Shown here in pieces: positions 49,961-61,486 of a stretch of 64,000 bases of DNA; within the stretch, counting starts at the first letter, position 1, and every line of letters starts with the position of its first letter. Position numbers and translations under genes: made by a program. This DNA comes from Lama guanicoe. Lineage: Eukaryota. The stretch is from NCBI GenBank assembly GCA_013239625.1, contig MU056000.1:7913214-7977213 (forward strand), written 5' to 3'. The notes beneath the pieces are model-generated. The model was not told the origin of the DNA, did not search any database, and was given only the letters and a program-made list of their open reading frames with translations.

Positions 49961-52494
49961 ACTTAGAAACTGTCTTAAAATGGAGACACTGCAAATTCTA
50001 CCGGACTTCTCCACCTCATCTGTGTCTCTCTCCCTGGTACTTGGTTACATTGAGCTGCTTCATTTCAAGAAGAGATGGCCCTTTCTTGAGTGACACGTGC
50101 ATGTCTAATATTTACTGCTTGAAGCGTGTCAGCAGGAGTGAGGAACAGAAGACAAGAATGAGAAGCAAGAGCACAGCAGGTGTACAAACGGGTTTTACGC
50201 AGACAACGACTCACTCGTGCAGAGCGGTGACAAGGACAAAATGATATCTCCTGGTGGTCAGACCTCTCTGGAAGGTCTGGCCCAGAGAGCCATTCAAGTA
50301 ACAAATGACCACCGTAACTACATAAAATATGACACATTTTAAAAGTGTTACTTCTTCTAATGGCTCTAACTTACAACCTAAAAAGGGGGGCTTGAAAAAA
50401 CCCCAAGAACTCAAGTGAAAACCCAATGAGAAAGCAAGATAACTAATTTTTTAATATAAGATATTTAAAATATCATGTAATTTGGATTTTTAATGCATAA
50501 AAAAAGGATAAGCAATAATCTGAAAAAAAATAATAAACCAGCAAGGTGACAAGGAGTATGATGTTACCGACAACCAGGAAGGAAGTAACATTAAATTTAG
50601 TGTTACTGGGAAGTGTAATAGATGAGTCAGTGGGTAAAGAATTAAGCCACATAAAGGCTATTAAATTAATTCTGACACATCCCTAATTACAAGTAGCCTA
50701 AGACCAGGGTGCTGAAGATTTGAACTGTCCTTGGCACATACATCTTGGAGGGACGGGCCTGGCTCCGAGAGCAGGTTGATATGGGTGGGGGTGTGTCATT
50801 TTCAGTGTGGTACACAGCCATGGTCTTATACTTCACCTTGGCCCAGAGAGGATTTTAGGGTGGTTTCATTTAACAAAAATTTGAAAATTAAAATTATGGA
50901 TCAAAATATGGAGGCAAATGACCCAGGAAGTACTAGAAGCAAGGCCACAGCCACAGCCACAGCCACGTGTCCGTCCTGGACTTTCACAACCCAGGACGTC
51001 TCTAGGCTTTGCCCCAAAGAGAGAGGCGGGGGTGAGGCCTGAGCCTCTTTATATTCTGGGAGTTCCTTCCCCCAGAGCCTGCTGATAGAATGCTTCATGT
51101 GTTATTTGTTGTGTGCTGACACTGTGCTTGCGATCTGGCAGGCTACCCAGTGTCCTCCTGGGTGGCTGGCAAGGGAGACTGACAAACACCCACTGGTAAA
51201 ATCCACCAGCTGAAAAGACAGTTAACTCTCTCAAGGACAGAGTTACTTAGCATTTTCATTTGGCCTCTGTCTCAGACACTGAAGCAGCCTCTCGGGATCC
51301 TGCTGGACAGACCAAGGCCCATTTGCTTCTCCAGCTTTGGGGTGGGACACCCTAAGGACAAACAGACTCTACCTCTAGGCTCTCCCCGCCCCCAAGCCAG
51401 ATACAGAATGTGCGGGGACCTCCAGCGGGCTTCGGTCTTTCCAACCTGCAACTAGTGTTGGTAAACGGGGAAGAAAGAAGAAGTGTGGCATCTAATGGAT
51501 TTTGCAGCTACATCTGCAAATGAACTGGCTCACACTTTTCCTCCCTGAAAGCCAAACTAGAGGTAAAATACTAGAATGATACAACATAAAACAACACAGT
51601 GACTACCCAGACCAGCGATGGTGGACAACTATTTAAAAGTAAAAAAATCTATGTCAAAGGTCAAAGTTAACCAAGAAATCCAGGTGTGTTAGAACGTACC
51701 CCAAGTGCTGATTATATATGTCAGTTCATCTATGAAAGATGGCAAGTTTCAAGGGCCCTTTCTTACATTCACAGGCTGATTTTCCTGATCCCTCCAACTC
51801 TTTTCAGCAACAGAGATTAAAAACAAACAAACAAACAAAAACTATTACTTGAAAAAAAGACTTTCCCATATGAGTCATTTTATTTACATATGGTCTGTGA
51901 TGTTCCAGCAGGAACTTCTGATGGCTTTTCCAAAAACAACATTTCCGAGGTGAAGGAAATCCTGACGCCCATGTAGTCCAACTTCCACTTGATACGTGAA
52001 ATCAGACTACAGAATAACGTTCAGTGTGTGTGTTTGACAGAGAACACCCCTTCCAGCTGGCCCATTTCCATCTGAGGGTAATTCTGCTCTAAATTTTCTT
52101 TTTATATTGACCCCACCTCTGGGTCTAACTCATCTGGTTCTATCTTCAACTTCCAGACGCCTTTCAAGATGTCTAAAATCCCTCTCTCATGCTGGCCCAT
52201 TTAGTATTTAAAATACAGCAATCCAGGAGGATGGTTAAAGAATGCTGTTACAACCACAGAGCAGACTATTTATAAAGTCATTAAAAGTTATGTTTAAATA
52301 ATATATGTAATAACATGTAAAAATGCTCATGAAATGATATTCAATGGGAAAAAAAAACAAACAAAAACAAAAGTCTAAACCTATACAGGAGATAGAATCA
52401 CAAATGTAAGTGTAGGTGCATTGTGTGTGTGTGGATGTATGGGGGCGGGGGGAGTGAAAGAGAAGAGAGAAAGAATGAATAAGAAAACTAAGAG

Positions 52495-52700
52495 TTGAGA
52501 ATTGTGGATACTAACTACTATATATAACACAGATAAACAACAAAATCCTACTGTATAGCACAGGGAATTTTATTCAATACCTATGATAAAGAAGAATATG
52601 AAAAGGAATATGTTTATCTCTATGTATAACTGAATCACTCTGCTGTACACCAGAAATTGACACAGCATTGTAAATCGACTATACGTCAATAAAGAAAGAA
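52495..52700 (+). mobile_element. Short L1 3' end
   Basis: L1 3' UTR with AATAAA. Perfect 14-bp TSD aagaaaactaagag at 52481-52494 and 52701-52714. Confidence 0.92.
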
Positions 52701-52889
52701 AAGAAAACTAAGAGAAATTTAAGAACACTGGAGGATAAATGAACACTGCTACTGATGGTGGCATGATGAGTCACTTCTAAAATACTTCTTAGCATTTTCT
52801 AATATGAGCCTTGAATTCAGAACTTTGTAATTGTTGCATGCCTCTCTGTTCTCACACCCACTCCATACCCTTCGTATCTACTTACATCA

Positions 52890-53140
52890 AATTGGGAGTT
52901 CGAGATTCGCAGATACTAACTACTATCTGTAACACAGATAAACAACAAGTTCTTTCTGTATAGCACAGGGAACTATATTTACTATCTTGTAGTGACCTAT
53001 AAACCTATAATGAAAAAGAATATGAAAACAAATACATGTACGTATATGGATGACTGAAACATTATGCTGTACACCAGAAATTGACCCAACATTATAAACT
53101 GACTAGACTTCAATTAAAAAACAAATGAAAAAACAAAACC
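52890..53140 (+). mobile_element. Short L1 3' end
   Basis: attgggagttcgagattcgcagatactaac..gtatagcacagggaactatatt..tgctgtacaccagaaattgac, followed by an A-rich tail. Confidence 0.88.
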
Positions 53141-53539
53141 AAGTCTTCCTCATCTGGCGTGATTTTGAGTACTCTCTCCTCTCCTCTGAACACACTCTAA
53201 TCTGCCTCTTTCAGGAGCTGCCAAAAGCTGGACACAGTGTCCCAGGTGTGATGTTACTGGTGTAGGTGGAGTGGATATGGTCCCCCTTGCCCTGGACAGG
53301 GTCTTTCCAGGCATCTGATATCATGTTCCCTCTGGTGGCTTGTCTTCTGAAATCTCATGTTTACCTTTCAATCAACTAAACAGAGATGTTCTTTGTTAAA
53401 AATGGGTTGCTAACAGCATTTTTGGTCAGTCCCTATTCTTAGTTCCCCATCACAGAAATGGCTGACTGAAATAGTCCCTTCAATCATTTGTTCTAAAACA
53501 CAAGGGGAATTATCCATTTTCTAAAGGGTAGTTACTTGA

Positions 53540-53993
53540 TGGCATAGGTTGAATTCTATATTTTTTGTTTTGTTAATACATTGAAGTCTTACCCCCCAGA
53601 ACCTGTGAGTGTGACCTCATTTGGAAATAGGGTTTTTGCAGACGGAATACCGTTGTGAGGTCATCCTGATTAGGGTGGGCTCTCATTCAATGACTAGTAT
53701 TATTGTAAGAGAGAAATCTGGACACAGAGAGAAGACCATGTGAGAATGGACACAGGGGACACTATGTGACTACAGAGGCAGCGTTTGTAGTGGTGTGTCT
53801 ACAAGCCAAGGGACACCAAGGAGTGCAACCACCAGAAGCTGGGATCCTCCCCCAGAGCCTTTGGAGAAAGTATGGCTCTGCTGACACCTTGATCTCAGAC
53901 TTCCAGCCTCTGAACTGTGAGACAATAAATTTCTGTTTCAAGCCACCCAAGCTGGTGGTAATTTTTTATGGCCATTGTGAGGAAACGACTACA
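53540..53993 (+). mobile_element. MaLR solo LTR (MLT1B/C-like)
   Basis: gtgacctcatttggaaataggg..gattagggtgggc..ctgctgacaccttgatctcagacttccagcctctgaactgtgagacaataaatttctgtt. Confidence 0.88.
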
Positions 53994-54357
53994 TTTGGGA
54001 AAATATCATGATATAAATTTTTATAATCAACATCTTCTTAAATGGTAAACAATGTCTTTACTTCAGAAAATATTTTTCCAAGAAAAATATTTAAATTGTG
54101 ATTATTTTGAGGATTTAATTTAGGTATCTCATCTAATGTCTTCTTCCTGATTTTCTAACAATGAAGTAAAACTGGATTTAACCAAGTAATAATAATACTT
54201 AAAACTGTCCACATATACTGAATGCTCATGGTGTGCCAGGCATTATGCTGAAACTTGTATATACGTCCTGCACATGCATATGCACGCACATATGCAGGTC
54301 TTACACACACGTTTTTAATATGTCTTTTACACAAAAACACACATTTAATATTCTATC

Positions 54358-54578
54358 TAGGGAACCAGCAAACCTCTTTGATTAAGAGGCAGATAAATAT
54401 TTTAGGCTTTGCTGGCCACACAGTTCCCACTGCAATGACTCAACTTTGCAGCTAGAGATCACAAGCAGCCATAGAAAAAATGTACAAAATGGACGTGGCT
54501 GTGTCCCAATAAAATTTTATTTATAAAAACAGGTGGCGGCTGGAATTCGCCCTTGGGCTCTAGTTTGCTGACCACTTT
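54358..54578. mobile_element. MER58A hAT-Charlie MITE, flanked by MIR pieces
   Basis: taaatattttaggctttgc..actcaact..aagcagccatag..gtggctgtgtcccaataaaattttattta..tagtttgctgacc. Confidence 0.85.
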
Positions 54579-57500
54579 GAAGAAGATAATGTTTTTATTG
54601 GTTCACAGGTGAAAGAACTGAGGCTAAAAGTTAAAAACTTTATGCAGAGTCACACAGTTACAACAGGGGGCGCTCTGGAGTCCCAACCAGGCATCAGACC
54701 TTCAGAAATTCCAGTTGTAATTACTCAGTGACACTGCCTCATCTCACAGGCAAGAACAATTCCATACTTCCCTCAAAAGTATATTAATTAAATAACAGAC
54801 GCTAAGGAACTTTCTGATGACAATATTATCTTGGCAGAAAGAAATGTAACAACATGTTAGAAGCAAAACAAAGACAAGCTAAATACTATCAAATCAAAAA
54901 AGAAACTGCTATAAGCGTTCTAAAGAACATATAGATATGTCAGAGAAGATTTAGACAATTTCTATTAAGGTTCTGGGTTATTGATCGTTAGTGTCTCAAA
55001 TAGTCTATACATAAGACCACAGAGCAATAATGTAAATGAGAAAGGAGAGAAAAAAGAAATGTAAGGGAATCTGTAAAAGCGTGATGCACATCTCAACATT
55101 TCTGTTGGTTTTCCAGCTGAAAAAAAAAAGCAATTCAAGGGATTTTTTTAAAGTTCAAGAAGACAAAGAAGGAGAAGGAACAGTGAGGTGTGATGCCCCC
55201 TCCTTTGACTGGACAGCTGCACCCTCCGTAAAGGACCTCGGTACAGCAAGTCCTCTGAACACTCAGTGCCTGGTAGGTCTTTATTCTCCCAGACTCTAGC
55301 AGCGTTCAACCGGGTGTCAAGCCATTCTGCTTAGAAGACACGACAACGTTAAATTTTCCGAAATCAGTGGAAAACTCACTCAGCATCACTATATGTAGTC
55401 TCTATGTTAAAAAAGAAAAAAGTACCTTTCCTTTAGCTGGTTCAGGTGGCTCTGATCAAGGAACACGGGAAACCCACCTGACTGATAAGACTTCAGAATG
55501 CCTTCTTTATTTAGTTGAAGGGATTAAATGACTGCCTTTTTCTCCTGGTACCCACTGCATGATGATAACATCTCTCAGATCCTTTGAATTGATAGCTTTG
55601 GAACAAAAGGCATATGACTGCCACTTGAGCTTGTTTTAATTCTGAGTAGAAAGAATTTATTTCCCAGAATACAGCTTTAGTTGAGCTTGGCAAAACCACA
55701 CTGGGACGATGGATCCTCGCTTCATTTTCATAATTATCATAAATGCATACAGAAGCATAAATAAAGAATAAAAAATTAACTCCATGCAGATACTTGGGAT
55801 AGGACATAAAGTGGCCGAGTGTCACCGCATTTAACTCCCTGCTGTAATAAATACCACAGACAAATAGAGTTAAATGGGTTAATTAGCCACCAGTGGCTAT
55901 TTTAATTGCACTATTGAAAATCAGAGGCAAACACCAGAAGAATTCTCATCATCGGGGTTACCTGGGCTTTTAATGGGAGAGTTCACCTGGGACGGTGGCG
56001 TCTCTGAAACATCGTGTAACTGATTACCCCTCCTCCTCTCCTTTACCTTTCATAATTAGCTGCACACTATTAAGTTAATGCACATTTATCTACAACAATT
56101 CAATTCAGACTGCGAAGAATCTTTCTAGTCTATAATTACACTCCAGCTTAATTAGCATAATTTGCACTGCACATATTTTAATAGAGAAGCTGCCATTATG
56201 GGTTGGCTCCTCATGTGGAAACTCTTCCAGTGAACATCACGAGGAGAAACAAATGCCTCTTGCTCAAGAATTGCCTGGCGCACATGCACTGAGATGCTCT
56301 GAATCCTACTTTGGATGGGTGACAAATGCTGGGAAGGGCATCCCTTCCCAGGTTCCCAAGAGGGGACCTGATGGAATCTCTCGCACTGTCATTGCCCACT
56401 AAGGGCAGAAGCAGCAGAGGCTCCCCTTCCCTAGTTACCAATTGTCAACTGTGCCCCGTGATGCTGGGGTTCATCCTCAGTCTGTAAATGTCTGGTCTGA
56501 GGTGTGAAAACACCTCTATGGTTTATTTCGGATCTGTATCCACGGGCTTCAAATTCACCCACCACTAGGTGTCATCAGTTATTAACTGGGATGCAGATAC
56601 ACAGGGGCTTTAAAAGACTTTCATTAACTTAAAAGAGCCTAAGCAGCTTGGTCCCTCCTCCAAGGCTCCCTTGTCGGAGACCAAATAACCATGCGAGGGG
56701 ACAGCCTGCTAGCCTGGCACTGAAATGGCAAATACTTAGCTATGTGATTTAATTGGATCACACCTATTCTGCAAATATTACAAACTTGTCTTACTAAGAA
56801 GCAAAATCGTCTGATTGAAAGGAACATCTTCAGTTCTAGTAGCCCAGTATATTCTGCATGGATATTTAACTATTAAAATGACTTCACACAGAGGGTGTGC
56901 AGTTCTTTTGGTGTTAACATTTTAACCAAGCCTTTCATTGTTTCTATTTGTTACTCCGAGGAAAGAGAGATGCATTTGCATCCTCTGAGTTTGCAACACT
57001 GAAAGGGCAGCGAAGGTATCAGAGGAGGGATAAAAGGATGTGCCTGGAGGGGAATGAGACATTGTTGCTGCTGTGCAGGAAAAAACTTTCCAAAAGAGAA
57101 CTATCGAGGAAGAAGATGGATCAAACCATTAACGGTGAAACCCAAGGAACTCTACCTCTAACGTGAAAGTGCCAAGGGCAGAAGTGCCAGGGATCTTGTA
57201 TGAAGTGGGGTTTTCAAAGATGCCTGATATCAGTGTAATTTCTGGAAAATCCAGGTAGTTCCATGAGACACAGGACGTGCCTCCTGTATCTCAGATCCTT
57301 CCATATTTCCTTTTCCAGATGTGTGTTAGAAACTGAAAGCATATTTTAAAAAATTCTGAATGAACTTAAGAGTCACCTCAGTAAGGTACCTATATACTTT
57401 CTCAATTACCAAAGTACAACTTAAAAATAACGAAAGCACGTAAAGTATTATCATGCTATTTACACTAAATGAAAAAAAATTATATAATGAAGGTTTATAT

Positions 57501-57615
57501 ACTTATATACACATTGCAATCTGTATTTTTTTATAGTATCACTTTTCAACCAGTTAGAGCTCATATGTCTGATGAAGTTACTTAAATTTGTACTATTTCT
57601 TCCAAATTATGGTTA

Positions 57616-57656
57616 TGTTTGTTTGTTTGTTTGTTTGTTTGTTTGTTTGTTTGTTT
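57616..57656. repeat. (GTTT)n microsatellite
   Basis: Read directly from the sequence. Confidence 0.95.
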
Positions 57657-60600
57657 TCCAAACAGCAAATGATATGTATGCTGGCCCTTTTCCCAATAGT
57701 GTTCTTAAAGGTGTCTGAAGAGGTGTAGGACGTTCCTTAAAGCTAAACTGTCTTGGTTTTGACCACGGCATTAACGCTTCCTCTGAAGGAGGCACAGCAG
57801 GGAAAGAGCTCAGAGCAGTGCCCATCCCAGCAAGCGACACTGACTCACTCACCTTTCATCCTTCCCTGGCCTTGAGAAACAGAACAGAACAGCTTTATAA
57901 CACTTGGGGCCCTATATCTGAATGATCTGAAATCTATTCTGGGCTATAATTAAATGCTAGAAAAAGAAAAAAAGGTTTCTCTGGTTTATTGATCCTGGCC
58001 AAAACAGACATCGTCTTCAATTTTAAAAAGAGCACATTGTTTCTTCACTTAAAAATTTCAAGCTAAATTTACATTGCATCCAACTGGACCAGAGCACGTA
58101 TTGAACTTGTAGTATTGTCAGAGGGCCGAACGAACTGGCACACGTTTACATGTGTAATTAAAGAAACAAGCGCTCTGGTCTCCATGAAGAGTATATGCAT
58201 GTGAGGTTCATAATTTATGTCTGGCAGAAACATAAATACTTACAAAAAGGGTGCCTCTTTTTGAAACTGCTGCCAGAGTTCCTCTCTTGACTCGCACTTT
58301 GGAGCCCTGCAGAATGATTTTTACAGGAGTAAGCCACGCCCACCCCCTAACCTCAGAATGTGCAGGACGTCATCAATTTTTACATTTACATAGCATAAAC
58401 CCAAGGCAGAAGTGTTCAGAAAGTTAGACATCTAATGCAGTAGCAATGGAAAATTATAAAACATGGAATCCTGAATTGCATGATTATGCTAATCTTGGGA
58501 ATATTAATTCTTTTCCAAAAGCTTTCATGTTCATAAAACACTGACATTCACAAACACTGTATTTCATCACCTCTGAATTCTAAGTCGCAAACAAAAACTT
58601 CATGATAAGCTTGAATACAATTTGTATTTAAACTTCAATTACAGGTTCACTTTCCAAAAGGCTGGAATTTACTAGAATTTCTTCCACCTAGAAAAACTTC
58701 TCCAAAGTGGGGCTATTTTTATTTTTATTTTGTTCACAAACAAAAAGTGCAACCTGGTAGGGTTTCTGGTAAGGTTTTTGCTCCACACTATTTTTAAAGT
58801 CCTAACAAGCAACTACTAATGTATTTACCTGGAGACCCACACATTAAGTAATGCAGTTAATACACACTGGTTAACACCAACTGGTGAGCGACTGCACGTG
58901 ACAACTGTGCAACTTACCAGGTACACCACTGCGTCTCTGTAAGCCTACACTTCATAGGCACTCAAAGGAAAACAATACGGTACTATGGTTAAAAAAAAAA
59001 CAACAGCCACTGTAATATTTGGATTGTGAGAATTCTCACACTTTTGCAGCATCAGACTTCTGGCTGGACTGATTTTTATTCAACAGGGAGACAATAGATT
59101 ATGTAACGCTCATAAAAAATACAGGATCCCTGTTTCAACACATGGTGTCATTAGAAGCAGTATTAGTGAGGATCAAGCTCTTTTCTCCCCAAATCAGTGT
59201 TCAACATTATACTTCCAGGCTATGTCTCTTAATACTTCCTTTGATTGGTGTTACTGGATTACTGCAACCCAATCCTTAGCCTTAATATCACCAGAAAGCT
59301 TAAAACAGCAGATAAGAAGCCTACAATAACCAGCAGATAGAAAAAGCTAACGAAATAATAGTTTGCGTAAATGCCATGTGGAACCAAACATAAAACTATT
59401 TATCTAAATTAAATTATAGGATGCATTTCCAGGAAGTAATCTGCTAATTTTTATGCTTTGGCACTGGGCCATAAAAGACAAGGTATCTGGGAGAATAAAA
59501 GAAGCATGTTAATCACTGCTGTCACTAAGACGTTAGCACTGCTTCTCAGCGTTTCAGCAACGTGCCACATGTGAAATGTCTGCACTGCAACTCAGTCCAT
59601 CCACACGCAAGCACACGTAAATGCAGGCATGATGAAGCAGGGAAAAGGTATCCTAAGATACACACATTAATTAGGTTCTGTTCTGTTCTGTTCTACTCTG
59701 CTCTGTTAAATTCTTTCCAAAACACAGTTCATGATCAAGAAAACTATTTTACTGCCCAATAAGGGTCATAATCTGCAGTTTAAAAATGTGTATACAAACA
59801 CACATACATAAACACATGTACGTATGTATCTCTATAAACACACATACACACACACATCTATGCACATATGTATATACAATATATGTATTATGCATATGTA
59901 TACATTCATATGTGAGAGCTAGATAAACAAGCATACACATCACATATAAAGTCCTGCACATAAAACAGTAATTGTTTAATAATTTGGGTAATAATTAACT
60001 TCAAAGGCTAAAATTAGACCAGAAGAAAAAGATGATTTTAACTTTATTTAAATTTCTGGTTTATTCGGCATTTTTCCCCTTCCCTTCCTCCACACATATG
60101 AAACACTTTTCAGAGACACATGAGGGTGATGAGAATGACAATGATGGTGACAAAATAACACAGCCTACCTCCAACAGAGCTCTTAGTCCCACTTCTCAGA
60201 TGGGCTTCGCTGCCCTTCTCAGATACTTTCTATTCAAATGACAAGGGAACACCGGGCTCCCATGATCCATGGGGAAGGACCATGTTGTCCCTGAATATCT
60301 CATGTCATCTGCAAATCTGGCTTCAAGTACCAGGTACATCGCCACCAAGGGCTGGCTGAATGACAAGTGAATGGGAGAATGAAATAATGAGACGAGACTT
60401 CATGATCTTGAGATACGAACCATCCCACTCAATATAAGGAGAAAGCTTTTATCAGGAAGGAGACAAATTGTGTAAAATACGATGGCCAAGCTGTTTTCAG
60501 AATGCAAACTAAAACATTTAAAAACATTTTCCTAACAAGTATAACTTCTATTTTCTAAAAGGACACACAATTATAATTTTTAAAATACCAGTTCCTGACA

Positions 60601-60941
60601 AACAGAGTGAGAGTTCAGATTATTTTTGCACTCAAATTTGTGAACTGATTCCAAAAACACAGCAATGTGAGATTATTTTTCTGACACAATTATGTCATTT
60701 CTTCCTCCAATCACGCACCATCTACTGTGGAAAACACTACTCCATAGGCACTCATATTAATTTATCACCAGTTATGACATGATTCATTAGCATCATGTAG
60801 CTGGAGGTATTTGATAATGTTATTGCTGTCAGCATGTGGGGGATTTCTTTTTACTGTGTTATTTTGAGAAAGTAAATATTCTCAGTATTTGCATATATTT
60901 TGCATTAAGACTCACAACAAAAATATATCTTAGACTCACAG

Positions 60942-60942
<1 letters not shown>

Positions 60943-60976
<34 letters not shown>
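60943..60976. repeat. (CA)n microsatellite
   Basis: Read directly from the sequence. Confidence 0.95.
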
Positions 60977-60977
<1 letters not shown>

Positions 60978-61486
60978 AACTCTGATACTCCTTTTCCAAG
61001 ATACCAAACCAAACTTTCCTTCGTAGGGGCATTGTAATTATTCTGTTCTAGTTTTTCCTATTCAATCTTTTAAATGCGGGTCAAAACCTTCTAAGATGAT
61101 TTTACTACTCACTTGTAGGTGGTCCCCAGCTGGAAAATAAAATTGTACTAATTCAATCAGGCCATAGGCTCCTGAATTTTATAAGAGATAGATAGATAAA
61201 GGAAATTTTATAGATAGAATGCATCTGTCTCATAAAAACATCACAGATACTCATTTTAATCACTTAAGACTCAAAGGGCCACCTTCCTAAAACATGTTTG
61301 GGAAAAGTATTGGCTTTCTATTTCTGAGAAAGAATAGTAGAAATTAGACCCACGAGCACATAAAATCAATGATATGGCAGAACAGGGTCAGTTCCTGGGC
61401 CGCATCCAGGCCATCTCCTGTGCTAGAAATGGCTTTAACGGATGAACGTTTACAATAAATCTGAGGGTTGGGAACATTAAACTCTG

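Noticed and set aside
58913..58945. Minus-strand GTAAGT donor with a nearby AG (19-nt pseudo-exon)
   Set aside because: Poor pyrimidine tract and a length that would shift the frame.
59535..61140. Two possible MER113-like hAT ends (~59690-59790 and ~61040-61140)
   Set aside because: Too degraded to call boundaries or family by eye.
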